A stretch of DNA of 64,000 bases. Source: Candidatus Latescibacterota bacterium (GTDB lineage Bacteria; Krumholzibacteriota; Krumholzibacteriia; WVZY01; JAKEHA01). This document shows, in pieces, positions 33,533 through 43,401 of the stretch (the first letter of the stretch is position 1; each line of letters begins with the position of its first letter). The position numbers and the translations under genes were made by a program. The notes under the pieces are model-generated. The model had not been told where the DNA came from, made no database searches, and saw nothing but the letters and a program-made list of their open reading frames with translations. The stretch is from positions 1,280,001 to 1,344,000 of the forward strand of contig OY970173.1 in the NCBI GenBank assembly GCA_963707635.1. The letters are read 5' to 3'.

Positions 33533-34780
33533 ATGAAAGCAGCACGCGTTGCCAGAAAGATCGTCCTCCCGGGCGGGCTCACGATTCTCCACGAGAAGAA
33601 CCCGGTCTCGAAGGCGTTCTGCGTGGGGGTGTGGACGCGCACCGGCGCGCGCGACGAGCGCGCAGAAGATGCCGGTTTGTGCCATTTCCTCGAGCACATG
33701 CTTTTCAAGGGCACGGCCCGGCGCACCGCCAAGCAGATCTCGCAGGAGATCGAGCGGGTCGGCGGCTCGCTCGACGCCTTTACCACCAAGGACACTATGT
33801 GCGTCTACGCGCAGGTGCTCGAGAGCCAGCGCGCGGTCGCCTTCGACCTGATCGCCGACATGCTAAACGAGTCGCGCTTTGCCGATGACCAGGTGGCGCT
33901 GGAGCGCGGGGTCGTGCTCGAGGAGATCGGCGATGTCGACGACGCGCCCGACGACCTGATCCACGAACTCTTCGCCGCCTCCCTGTATCCGCGGCACCCG
34001 CTCGGCCGGCCCATCCTGGGCCTCAAGAGCACAGTGTCGCGCTTCGGGCGCACGGACCTGGTGCGTTACTCGCGGCGCGTGTTCCGCGCCTCGAATCTCG
34101 TCGTCGCCGTGTATGGCAACATCGACGAGAAGGAACTGCTCGAGGTCTGCCGGGAGCGCTTCCAGTTTCCGCGCGGCACGCTGGCGCGGGTGCCCGCGCG
34201 GCTTCCGGCGGCGCCTCCGAAGCGCCGCCACGTGCGCCGCAAGCTCCACCAGCAGCACATCGTACTCGGACGCCGGACGTTTTCGTTCCTCGACGAGCGC
34301 CGCTACGCGCTGATGGTGCTCAACGCCATGATCGGCGGCGGGATGAGCTCGCGCCTGTTCCAGAAGATCCGCGAGGAGATGGGGCTCGCGTACAGCGTGT
34401 TTACCTACGTGGACCATTCGCGGGACACGGGGATGTTTGCCGCGTGCATGGCGGTGCGTCCCGGCAACGCGGGGCGCGCCATCACGGCCGTGCGCAAGGA
34501 GCTCGAATCGGCCCGCAACGGCGGCCTCACGCGCCGCGAGCTCAAGGACACGAAGGAGCACATCAAGGGGAGAATCCTGCTCGGGCTGGAGACGTCGGCG
34601 TCGCGCATGATGCGGCTGGCCCGCAACGAGATCACCTTCGGCCGTCAGGTACCGGAGCGCGAGCTGATTCGCTGCATCGAAGCGGTGAAAATGGGCGACG
34701 TCACCGGCGTGGCGCGCGAGGTCCTGGACACGGGCGCGCACACGATCGTGAGCCTGGGGCCGTCGGCGGCAGGGCTCTGA
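33533..34780 (+). CDS. M16 family zinc peptidase
   Basis: HFLEHMLFKGT (HxxEH), GGGMSSRLFQKIRE..GLAYSV; usual position after pnp. Confidence 0.93.
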   Translation: MKAARVARKIVLPGGLTILHEKNPVSKAFCVGVWTRTGARDERAEDAGLCHFLEHMLFKGTARRTAKQISQEIERVGGSLDAFTTKDTMCVYAQVLESQRAVAFDLIADMLNESRFADDQVALERGVVLEEIGDVDDAPDDLIHELFAASLYPRHPLGRPILGLKSTVSRFGRTDLVRYSRRVFRASNLVVAVYGNIDEKELLEVCRERFQFPRGTLARVPARLPAAPPKRRHVRRKLHQQHIVLGRRTFSFLDERRYALMVLNAMIGGGMSSRLFQKIREEMGLAYSVFTYVDHSRDTGMFAACMAVRPGNAGRAITAVRKELESARNGGLTRRELKDTKEHIKGRILLGLETSASRMMRLARNEITFGRQVPERELIRCIEAVKMGDVTGVAREVLDTGAHTIVSLGPSAAGL

Positions 34781-34789
34781 CGCGGCCGG

Positions 34790-35974
34790 CTAGTCGAACT
34801 TGAACCCGCTGGCGCGGACTTTTTCGAGCAGGCGCTCGATCTGCTCTTCGTCGACCACCATCGAGATGCGCATGAAGTCTTTGCAGTGCGTGCCGAACGC
34901 CGAACCTGGCGACACGATCACGCCCGTCTTCTGGAAGAACTCCTTCGCGAAGTCTCCCGCGTCCGCGTAGCGCTTCGGCACCCGGTCCCAGATGTACATC
35001 GCGGCGCGCGGCGGGGTGAGTTTCCAGCCGAGCTTGCCGAAGCCCTCGATGAAGAGGTCGCGCCGGCGGCGGTAGAGCTTGCGCTGCGCCTCGGCGAAGT
35101 CGGTCTTGCTCTCCAGGATTTCCGCGCCCGTGCGCTGGATCGCCATGAAGGCGCTGAAGTCCATGTTCGCCTTGATCTTCACCAGGTTGGCGATGATTTC
35201 GCGGTTGCCGACCACCCAGCCCAGCCGCCAGCCGGCCATGTTGTAGCTCTTCGAAAACGAGTGGAACTCGACCGCGAGGTCCTTCGCGTTCGGGAGCTCC
35301 ATGATGCTGGGGGTGGGGCAGCCGGGCTCCAGCGCGAGTTCCGAGTAGGCCAGATCGCTCACCACCACGAAGTCGAACTTCTCCGCCAGCGCGAGCGCCT
35401 GCTTGTAGACCGGGAGGTCCGCGGTGGCGCCGATGGGATTGTTGGGATAGTTGAGGAACAGGAGCTTGGCCGCGCTCCACACCGAATGTGGGACCGCGTC
35501 GTAGTCGGGCAGGTAGTCGTTCTCCGGCCGCAGCGGCAGCTCCACCACCTTCGCCTCGACGATCTTCGCCGCGCCGAGGTAGGCCGGGTAGCACGGGGTG
35601 GCGATCACGATGGTGTCGCCCGGGTCGACGTAGGCGAGCATCAGCTTCGCGATGCCTTCCTTGGAGCCGATCAGCGGGAGTGCCTCGCCGTTGGGATCTA
35701 CCGGCACGCCGAAGCGCCGCTTGTACCAGTTCGCCACCGCGTTTCGAAACTCGGGCGCCCCGTCGAACGGCGAATAGCGGTGGTTCTGGTGCGTGGTCGA
35801 ACGGACCTGGCGGTTGAGCATGTCGAAGATGGCCGGGTCGGGCGGCTGGTCGGGGCTGCCCACACCCAGGTCGAAGATGTCGGCCGCCGGCCGCGGATCG
35901 GCGCGTTTCATCTGCGCGATCTCTTCGAAGATGTAGCGGGTCGACTTCTGAATGCGATGGGCCGGCGTGATCAT
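34790..35974 (-). CDS. Class I/II PLP aminotransferase (LL-DAP aminotransferase-like)
   Basis: GSKEG, NYPNNP, DLAY, SFSKSYNMAGWRLG motifs. Confidence 0.9.
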   Translation of the reverse strand: MITPAHRIQKSTRYIFEEIAQMKRADPRPAADIFDLGVGSPDQPPDPAIFDMLNRQVRSTTHQNHRYSPFDGAPEFRNAVANWYKRRFGVPVDPNGEALPLIGSKEGIAKLMLAYVDPGDTIVIATPCYPAYLGAAKIVEAKVVELPLRPENDYLPDYDAVPHSVWSAAKLLFLNYPNNPIGATADLPVYKQALALAEKFDFVVVSDLAYSELALEPGCPTPSIMELPNAKDLAVEFHSFSKSYNMAGWRLGWVVGNREIIANLVKIKANMDFSAFMAIQRTGAEILESKTDFAEAQRKLYRRRRDLFIEGFGKLGWKLTPPRAAMYIWDRVPKRYADAGDFAKEFFQKTGVIVSPGSAFGTHCKDFMRISMVVDEEQIERLLEKVRASGFKFD

Positions 35975-36068
35975 GGAATCGGGTACCTCCGTGCGGCGTG
36001 TCGTGGTGATCGATCCACCAGATTATCAGGTTTGCGCGCGGGCGTCAAAGTCGCTACCGTGAGTGCCC

Positions 36069-36956
36069 ATGAACGTTGCCGCCATTGCGGTCGCTGCAGG
36101 AATCCCAACCGCGCTGCACCTGATGTGGCGCTCGCGTTTCGGCTATCCGCCCGAAGACATTCCCCGCGTGCTGTGCTTTCACAAACTCTCGCGACACTTC
36201 TGCTGGGAAGGCACCTGGACCACGCCCGCGCGCTTCGCGGCCTACCTCGACCGGCTGCGCGCGCGCGGCTACACCTTCATCGACGAGTCGCAGTACCTGG
36301 CTGCACTGGACACCCGGCATGCCGGTGCCTCCCGGCAGCTGCTCCTGACCTTCGACGACGGCTACGACGATCTCTACGACCTCGCCTGGCCCATCCTGGC
36401 GGAGCGGCGGATTCCATTCCACGTGTTCGTGGTGTCGGACTACGCGGGCAGGACGAACGACTGGGATCTCTCGCTCGGGCGCCGGCCGTTTCGACATATG
36501 GACTGGAGTCGTGTGCGCGAGATGGCGGCGCGCGGCGTGACCTTCGGCTCCCACACGGCGTCGCATCGCGACGTCACCCGCATGGCGCCGGCGGAGCTGC
36601 ACGAGGATCTCGCGCGCTCGAAACGCGCCATCGAGGACGCAATCGGGGAGCCCGCGCGAACCCTTTCGTACCCGTTCGGCCGGTACCACGACGCGGCGGC
36701 GCGCGCCGTGCGTGAGGCGGGGTTCGCGGCCGCGTTCTCTCTGTACCCGTCGGGGCGCAACGCGGCCATCGACGGCTACGCACTGCGCCGCGAGGGTGTC
36801 TACATCATCGATCCGGTTTCGATGATCGAACGGAAGCTGGAAAAGAACTGGCTCTACGGGCTCGAAGAGATGAAGTGCCGCGCGATCAATGCGGTGGCGG
36901 TGCTGACGCCGCTGCTGAAACACCACCGCGGTGGCGGTGGCGGCGGCGGCGGCTAG
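36069..36956 (+). CDS. Polysaccharide deacetylase (CE4/NodB)
   Basis: LTFDDGY, GSHTASH, SYPFG motifs. Confidence 0.9.
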   Translation: MNVAAIAVAAGIPTALHLMWRSRFGYPPEDIPRVLCFHKLSRHFCWEGTWTTPARFAAYLDRLRARGYTFIDESQYLAALDTRHAGASRQLLLTFDDGYDDLYDLAWPILAERRIPFHVFVVSDYAGRTNDWDLSLGRRPFRHMDWSRVREMAARGVTFGSHTASHRDVTRMAPAELHEDLARSKRAIEDAIGEPARTLSYPFGRYHDAAARAVREAGFAAAFSLYPSGRNAAIDGYALRREGVYIIDPVSMIERKLEKNWLYGLEEMKCRAINAVAVLTPLLKHHRGGGGGGGG

Positions 36957-37915
36957 AACGGATAGCGGAGCTCGAAACGCCCGCGATAGTAGAAGCGCGC
37001 GGCCACCACGATCGGCACCACCAGCGCCAGCAACCAGGGATCCTTCCACGCCGCCATGGCCGCGACCATCGCCGTGGTCGCCCGCACCGCCAGCGCGCTG
37101 GCGGTGGTGCGCTCGAGCATGCGCACGGCCAGCTCGCGCCGTTCGGCGCGCTCGATGAATGCCGCCGCCGCCACGAACACGACCAGCGCGGCGGTCATCG
37201 CCAGCGCGGGACCGAGCGGTTTCCCGCGCAGGAACAGGAGCACCGCCGCGCCCAGCGCCGCTGCCGAGAGCAGCGCCGCCAGCCGCGCGGAACCGGTGAC
37301 GCCGATCGCCACCGACGTCGTGCGCTTGCCCGCCGCCGCGTCTCCGGCCACATCGAGGATGGTCGTGTGCAGGAAGGTGGCACCCACCAAAAAGATCCAG
37401 GGCAGCGCGGCCATCCACGCGCCCAGTGCGTCGCGGGAGATCGCCGAGGCGCCGAGCACGAACGCGAGCCCGCCGTAACCGAGCGCGTTGGCGGCGAGGT
37501 CGAACCACGGCCGCGCGCACAGGCGCAGTGGCGGGAGCGAGTAGGTGAGCGAAAGCAGCAGCGTTGCGATCAGCGGCCCGGTCTGCACCGGCGCCGCGCG
37601 GGAATAAAGGAGCGAGGCGCCCAGGAACGCAACCAGCGCCACCAGCACCATCGTTCGGGCCCGCAGGAGCCCGCGCGTGAGGTGGAGTCCCTTGTCGTTG
37701 AGGCGGTCGCTTTCCACGTCGATAATCTGATTGAGCACGTACGCGCAGGCCAGGACCGCCGTCATGCACCAGAAGCCGGGCTGGACGAGGGCGGTCGCCA
37801 CCGTGCGCCGCGACGCAGGCGTGTGCGCGCCGAGGACGTAGAGGCTCCACGCCGGAATCATGATCAGCGGGCGAAGGACGAAGAAGAAATCGGCGACGCG
37901 CAGTAGGATGGCCAT
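36953..37915 (-). CDS. UbiA family prenyltransferase
   Basis: NQIIDVESDRLN, YSLPPLRL, DVAGDAAAGKRT motifs; multiple TM segments. Confidence 0.88.
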   Translation of the reverse strand: MAILLRVADFFFVLRPLIMIPAWSLYVLGAHTPASRRTVATALVQPGFWCMTAVLACAYVLNQIIDVESDRLNDKGLHLTRGLLRARTMVLVALVAFLGASLLYSRAAPVQTGPLIATLLLSLTYSLPPLRLCARPWFDLAANALGYGGLAFVLGASAISRDALGAWMAALPWIFLVGATFLHTTILDVAGDAAAGKRTTSVAIGVTGSARLAALLSAAALGAAVLLFLRGKPLGPALAMTAALVVFVAAAAFIERAERRELAVRMLERTTASALAVRATTAMVAAMAAWKDPWLLALVVPIVVAARFYYRGRFELRYPF

Positions 37916-37965
37916 GCGCCGGACCGGGAGGGCGGTGGGTTTGAGAGCAACTGTCGGGTCGATAG

Positions 37966-39054
37966 CTAGAGCAGCGTAAAGGCGGTCCCGTCGCGCGTCA
38001 ACTTGTATCTCAAGTCCTGGTCGGCGGCGCGAGCCAGCAGGTCGCGACTCGCGAGACCGCTGCTCAAGAGCGCGTCGAGCGAAGCGGGGTAGACGCCGTT
38101 CTCCGCGCGGTACGCTTCGACGAGCCAGCGCACGCGATACTCGATTCGCGCCTTGGCGGCCGAGTCGGTGGCGACCAGACCGTCGCTGACGACGCTCAAC
38201 GCCGTGTCGGTGTGGCGGTACGCGCCGCCCAGGAGACAGGCGGTAAAGACGAACCACGCGGCCACGAACGTCAGCGGGTTGCCGCGCTGACGGCGTCGCT
38301 TTTGCGCGGTTGCCGAAGCCTCGGCGTCGTGGAGGAACTGGGCGTCCTGCTCGACGACGATGCAGTTCTTCTCCTTGAGGAGCTTGAGCGCTTCGTAGGT
38401 ATCGAAGGCGGGGAGCTTCGCGCGCGCGATGATGTCGCGAACCGCGCGCGCCTGCTTGACGATCGCGAGCACGTCGCGCTCGCTCTGCATCATCTCGACT
38501 TCCGGCCCGGGCTCGCGGCCGATGGCGGCGATCTTGATCCCCTGCGCGGGGAACGCCTCCAGCAGCATCGGGAACTCGTCGATGCGCCGCATGCATTCCA
38601 TCAGCAGCGGCTCCACCATGTGATCGCCGATCGACTTGACCCCGGCGACCACCTCTTCACCTGCGACGAACTTGTACGTGCACTGGTCCCAGGTGAGGAC
38701 GTCGTGGAGGGTCTCCTGGATGTGGTTGCGCCAGTGCCGCGGCAGCAGCTTCTCGTCGATGAGCTTTTCGGAGGCGAGCACGTCGAGCAGATCGAGCTTC
38801 GACTGCGACGTCATCTGGGTGATGCGCACCAGCTCCTCGCGCCCGAGCACGCCGTAGCGGGTCAGGTAGTCGCGGAAGGGGTCGCGCGTGCGGCTGCGGC
38901 GATCGCGCGTGGAGATGATCTTGCCGTCACGGAAATACAGAACCGTGGACTTGTCGGTCGCGTTGACCGATAGCATGCCCGTCTTCTGCTGGACGGCGAT
39001 GAGCTGGAGGATTTCCTCCAGCCCGAATGAACCCAGATTGCCTTCAAGCGCCAT
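37966..39054 (-). CDS. DUF4388-domain membrane protein
   Basis: MALEGNLGSFGLEEILQLI...KTGML, LLMECMRRIDE; one TM; pilin-like C-terminus YRAENGVYPASL. Confidence 0.82.
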   Translation of the reverse strand: MALEGNLGSFGLEEILQLIAVQQKTGMLSVNATDKSTVLYFRDGKIISTRDRRSRTRDPFRDYLTRYGVLGREELVRITQMTSQSKLDLLDVLASEKLIDEKLLPRHWRNHIQETLHDVLTWDQCTYKFVAGEEVVAGVKSIGDHMVEPLLMECMRRIDEFPMLLEAFPAQGIKIAAIGREPGPEVEMMQSERDVLAIVKQARAVRDIIARAKLPAFDTYEALKLLKEKNCIVVEQDAQFLHDAEASATAQKRRRQRGNPLTFVAAWFVFTACLLGGAYRHTDTALSVVSDGLVATDSAAKARIEYRVRWLVEAYRAENGVYPASLDALLSSGLASRDLLARAADQDLRYKLTRDGTAFTLL

Positions 39055-39069
39055 GGTGGTTCCTCGTCG

Positions 39070-40959
39070 TTACGCCGACTGCGACGTCGAGTCCTCGTTC
39101 ACGCTCTCGCTGCTGCGCACCCGGGTGGTGCCCGTTCGCGTCGTGCGCGTCTCGAACAGCTGCCGCGACATGATGGCGATCGCGTAGGATACCGCGATGC
39201 CGAGCGACGGTAGAATCCACTTCCACAGCGGGGTGGCGCTCGAGAGCGTCGTCCAGTGCGGGAGCGGGTACCCGCGCATCCACAGGGTCAGGAGCGAGAA
39301 CGAGAACAGTGAGGCGAGCGCGAAGCCGCTTGCGAAGCGCCCGTAGAAGATGTGCCGCACGCCCGGCAGCCACGCGGTCAGCCAGCGCATCGATTTCCGC
39401 CGGCGCACGATCACGCTCTGGCGCCGCTGCCGCAAGAGCGCGTCGAGCACCTTGTCGGAGGTGACCCCGCCAACCGCCTGCGCGCACGCCTGGCAGACGA
39501 ACGAGCCGCGGTCTCCGCTGCAGCACCCGTCGCAGGTGATCTCGCCGCAGTTGCCGCACTGGAACGCGATCCCGTGGCGCTTCACGAAGCGCAGGCTGGC
39601 GAGCGCCGCCGCCAGGCCGGCGAGCGCGATCCAGAAGCTCACCCGCGGCGACTGCCACATCGCGCTCTCGAGCGCGTGCGCGAGCACGCCGGGGTTCTTG
39701 TTGCAACCCTCGGCGAGCGCCATGCCCCAGAGGTCGCCGCGGTCGTAGATGCGCGGGTAGACCGCCCAGGTGGCGCGGGAGGCCACGGCGAATTCTTCGC
39801 TCTCGCGGGTAAAGCCGATCTTGGAGGCGCGTTCGAGAGCGTGCGACGACTCGCTCATCAGGAGCGTCTTGATGTAGGCCTGCGCGAGATTGTACTGGCC
39901 GATCGCGTCGGTCGAGTCCACCTGCTCCGCCTTGCGGTAGCCTTCCAGCGCCTTGTTGTACTGCGCGTTGACGTAGTAGACGTTGCCGACGTTCACGTAC
40001 GCGATCGCCTTGTAGGGCTTGAGCGAGATCGCGGCGATGAAATGCTCCACCGCCCGCTCGTCGTCGTGCCCGCGCATGGCGAGCATCCCCAGCGCCGTCT
40101 CACGCTCGGCGCCGAGCCCCGGCACGTCGACCGCTTCGATTCTCCCGGCCAGTTCGGGATTGGCCGCGGATTCGTTGGCACGCGCGATCAGCGAGACCAG
40201 CGACGTCGGGTCGGCGACGGTGCTGAATCGATCCAGCCACGGGGCGAACCACATGAGCGCCGCGAACACGCCGGTGAGGATGAAGGTGAACACGCGTTCG
40301 CGCTGGCGCATGAACGAGAAGGTGGCGACCAGAACCAGCGCCATCGCCGTCGCGTAGCCCGGCATCAGCGCCAGCGGGGCGAGCAGCAGCAGGAACGCGC
40401 ACACCCGCGGGGCCGCCGCGTTGAACTTGTTCTTGAGCGTCTCGCCGATGCGGTGCGCGAGAAACGGCAGGTAGCGCATGGCGAGCGAGATCCACACGAT
40501 CGCCAGCGCGAGCAAGAACACCAGCGAGATCATGACCCCAGCGTTCACCGCGAACGCGCTCTGGGCGTCGAAATTCGAGAGCGTTACCAACACGCCCTGG
40601 GTGAAATGATAGACCGCGTCCGGGCTGAAGCGCGCCGCGTAGAGACGGGCCAGCGTGAAGTGGGCATCCGGGTAGCTGGGCAGGAGCGCGAGGGCGTTCT
40701 CCAGGTGCTTTTCGGCCGCTTCCGGCTCGCCGCGCTTGAGCGCTTGGACGCCGTAGCGGTACTCGAGCTGGGCCGGGAGGGTGAGGGTCACGGCCCCGCC
40801 GCGGACCTGCGCGTTCGTGTACCGGGTAAGATTTTCCGAGTCGGCGAATCCCGCGTCCGCATGCCCCGCGAGGACAACCACGCCCGTGCAGAATGCGAGC
40901 GCGAGGCGACGGCAAACGTCGCCCCGGCGAAGGGTCCTGCGGCTGGCGATCGGGTTCAT
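39070..40959 (-). CDS. TPR-containing membrane protein with Cys-rich zinc finger
   Basis: TPR-like helices (AHFTLARLY, AYVNVGNVY, YNLAQAY), several TMs, CGNC..C..CC..CQAC. Confidence 0.8.
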   Translation of the reverse strand: MNPIASRRTLRRGDVCRRLALAFCTGVVVLAGHADAGFADSENLTRYTNAQVRGGAVTLTLPAQLEYRYGVQALKRGEPEAAEKHLENALALLPSYPDAHFTLARLYAARFSPDAVYHFTQGVLVTLSNFDAQSAFAVNAGVMISLVFLLALAIVWISLAMRYLPFLAHRIGETLKNKFNAAAPRVCAFLLLLAPLALMPGYATAMALVLVATFSFMRQRERVFTFILTGVFAALMWFAPWLDRFSTVADPTSLVSLIARANESAANPELAGRIEAVDVPGLGAERETALGMLAMRGHDDERAVEHFIAAISLKPYKAIAYVNVGNVYYVNAQYNKALEGYRKAEQVDSTDAIGQYNLAQAYIKTLLMSESSHALERASKIGFTRESEEFAVASRATWAVYPRIYDRGDLWGMALAEGCNKNPGVLAHALESAMWQSPRVSFWIALAGLAAALASLRFVKRHGIAFQCGNCGEITCDGCCSGDRGSFVCQACAQAVGGVTSDKVLDALLRQRRQSVIVRRRKSMRWLTAWLPGVRHIFYGRFASGFALASLFSFSLLTLWMRGYPLPHWTTLSSATPLWKWILPSLGIAVSYAIAIMSRQLFETRTTRTGTTRVRSSESVNEDSTSQSA

Positions 40960-41098
40960 TCTGTGGGTCCTGGCCTTCGTTCGGTCATGGCGCGAAGCGC
41001 CGATAACTCATTAGCTACGAAGGGCGTTCGGCAAGAAGCGTGCCGGGTGGAGGGCGGGAAAAGCAGCGCCGCAGGGCGCGAGGCGGGTGGACTGGAAA

Positions 41099-41509
41099 CT
41101 AGAAGTTGAGCTTCAGGGTCAGGCGCGGTTCGAGGGCTCCGTCCGTGCGCTTAAGGCCGGGCACGAGCTTCAGTTGATGGGTTCCCAGCTGCTCGCTCTT
41201 GCTTTCACGGGTGAGAAGGATGCTGTAGAGGCCCAATCCCATCGCGATCCCACCCGTGCTGGTGAGCCATTCCCCGTCTTCGGTCGTCAAGCCGACGGCC
41301 ATCGACAGCGCCCCCACACCCACGCCAATCCAGCCCATCGCGGGGCCGCGATCGCCGCCAAACGCCGTGCTGGTGTTCGCCGCGACGGAGACCGCGTCCG
41401 CAAGCAACAACGGTACTTTCGCGGAACCGAGGCTATCCGTGCCTGCCGACGCCTGCGGGGCGGCGAGTCCAACCAGAATGACGACGAGGAGCCAGAGGCG
41501 GGTTTTCAT
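41099..41509 (-). CDS. Hypothetical secreted/membrane protein
   Basis: Signal peptide, hydrophobic segments, C-terminal LTLKLNF; own promoter. Confidence 0.65.
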   Translation of the reverse strand: MKTRLWLLVVILVGLAAPQASAGTDSLGSAKVPLLLADAVSVAANTSTAFGGDRGPAMGWIGVGVGALSMAVGLTTEDGEWLTSTGGIAMGLGLYSILLTRESKSEQLGTHQLKLVPGLKRTDGALEPRLTLKLNF

Positions 41510-41519
41510 TATCTCCCAC

Positions 41520-41548
41520 AACCTAGTCACGTTTCCCGTAACTGTCAA
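41520..41548 (-). promoter_or_regulatory. Sigma70 promoter with palindrome in the spacer
   Basis: TTGACA-N17-TAGGTT on the minus strand; AGTCACG-N5-CGTAACT imperfect inverted repeat in the spacer. Confidence 0.65.
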
Positions 41549-41630
41549 TTCCCCGCGGTCACCACCCCCCCCGGCGTGCCGGGCTACCCCGGGCTGGCCG
41601 GCCCCTCGTCCGGCGTGGTATAAGTAAGCC

Positions 41631-42935
41631 ATGTCTACACTTCCGATCGTTTACATTTCCGACCTTCGCATCCATGCCGGCAAGCCCGTCGAGCTGCGGG
41701 GGTGGGTATACAACAGCCGTTCCGGCGGGAAGGTCCGCTTCCTCATCCTGCGCGACGGGACCGGCTACCTCCAGTGCGTCGCCAGCGCGGCCGACGTGAG
41801 CCCCGAGGACTTCGAGACCCTCGGGCATCTCACCCAGGAATCCAGCGTAATCGTCACCGGTGTCCCGCGCGAAGACAAGCGCGCGCCCGGCGGGATGGAG
41901 CTGACCTTGAAGAGCGTGCGGCTCATCGCGCGTGCCGACGATTTTCCCATCACGCCCAAGGAGCACTCGTCGTCGTTCCTTCTCGACCACCGGCACCTGT
42001 GGCTGCGCAGCAAGAAGCAGCACGTTGTGCTCAAGGTGCGCCATCACACCGTGAAGGCGATCCGCGACTATCTCAACAGCCACGGTTTCACCAACCTCGA
42101 CACGCCCATCTTCACGCCCAACGCGTGCGAAGGGACCAGCACCCTCTTCGAGACCGACTATTTCGGCGACAAGGCGTACTTGTCTCAAAGCGGGCAACTA
42201 TATAACGAGGCCACCGCGGCCGCGTTCGGGAAGGTGTACTGCTTCGGGCCCACGTTTCGGGCGGAGAAGTCCAAGACGCGGCGCCATCTCACCGAGTTCT
42301 GGATGGTCGAGCCCGAGGTTGCGTACATGGAGCTGCCCGAGCTGATCGAGCTGTGCGAGGACTTCTTCTGCTATGTCGTGGCGCGCGTGATGGAGACCTG
42401 CGGCGGAGAGATTCGCGAGACTCTGGAGCGAGACACGACCAAACTCGCGGCCGTGAAGAAACCGTTCCCGCGTATCCACTACAAGGACGCCGCCGCGTTC
42501 CTGCTGAAAAAGGGACTCCCGTTCGAAGTCGGCGGAGACTTCGGCGCGCCCGATGAGACCGCGCTCACCGAAGACCATGCGACTCCGGTCTTCGTCCATC
42601 ATTTCCCGACCGCCATCAAGGCGTTCTACATGGCGCCCGATCTGAAGGAGCCGGAGTATTGCCTGTCCGTCGACATGCTCGCGCCGGAGGGGTACGGGGA
42701 AGTCATCGGCGGGGGACAGCGCACCGCCGATCTCGACCTGCTGGAGAAGCGAATCAAGGAGCACAACCTCCCGCGCGCGGCGTTCGAGTGGTACCTGGAT
42801 CTTCGCAAGTACGGCTCGGTGCCGCACTCCGGCTTCGGGATGGGAGTGGAGCGAACGGTGGCATATCTGTGCGGGCTGCAGCACCTCCGCGAGGCGATTC
42901 CATTCCCGCGGATGTTGAATCGGTTGACTCCGTAG
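41631..42935 (+). CDS. asnS: Asparagine--tRNA ligase
   Basis: [47 protein letters not shown] motifs. Confidence 0.96.
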   Translation: MSTLPIVYISDLRIHAGKPVELRGWVYNSRSGGKVRFLILRDGTGYLQCVASAADVSPEDFETLGHLTQESSVIVTGVPREDKRAPGGMELTLKSVRLIARADDFPITPKEHSSSFLLDHRHLWLRSKKQHVVLKVRHHTVKAIRDYLNSHGFTNLDTPIFTPNACEGTSTLFETDYFGDKAYLSQSGQLYNEATAAAFGKVYCFGPTFRAEKSKTRRHLTEFWMVEPEVAYMELPELIELCEDFFCYVVARVMETCGGEIRETLERDTTKLAAVKKPFPRIHYKDAAAFLLKKGLPFEVGGDFGAPDETALTEDHATPVFVHHFPTAIKAFYMAPDLKEPEYCLSVDMLAPEGYGEVIGGGQRTADLDLLEKRIKEHNLPRAAFEWYLDLRKYGSVPHSGFGMGVERTVAYLCGLQHLREAIPFPRMLNRLTP

Positions 42936-42942
42936 GGATGCC

Positions 42943-43398
42943 GTGACAGAGGGGAACCTGGAGAGACTTCTCTCTCGGCGCTGGCCCTACGCCGAAGCCG
43001 ACCCCGCTGCCGTGACAGAGCTGGGCCGTCGCGTGGCCGAAGTGGGGCGCCGACAGGGCCTGATTCACTATTCAGACCTCGTGAGTGGTCTCGTCCTGCG
43101 CATGCCTAATGTTGACTCTGGGTCTCCGTTCGAGCTGGGCGTGCCCGAATGGCGAGACCTCGATCGCAACATTCTCGGCGACCTACTGGGGCGGTTGTCC
43201 CTGGAGAGCTACGCCAGGGGCGGATTTCTCGCTACGGCCCTCGTCACATCGAAGGAAACGCGGGAGCCGAGCGAGGGGTTCTGGAACCTGGTCACGGAAC
43301 TGGGACTGTTGAAATCCAGCAGTCAGAACCGCCGGCTGGTATTCTGGAGCGCGCAGGTTCGTTTTGCCTATGACTGGTATGCCGGCAATTCATGGTAG
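42943..43398 (+). CDS. Hypothetical protein (winged-helix-like)
   Basis: IHYSDL...LG..LG....ALV.SK...PSEGFW pattern; more A/T-ending codons than the neighbours. Confidence 0.65.
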   Translation: MTEGNLERLLSRRWPYAEADPAAVTELGRRVAEVGRRQGLIHYSDLVSGLVLRMPNVDSGSPFELGVPEWRDLDRNILGDLLGRLSLESYARGGFLATALVTSKETREPSEGFWNLVTELGLLKSSSQNRRLVFWSAQVRFAYDWYAGNSW

Positions 43399-43401
43399 GG
43401 C

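Noticed and set aside
36930..36956. Poly-Gly tail from GGC/GGT repeats in the deacetylase
   Set aside because: Short in-frame low-complexity stretch at a convergent overlap; no sign of phase variation.
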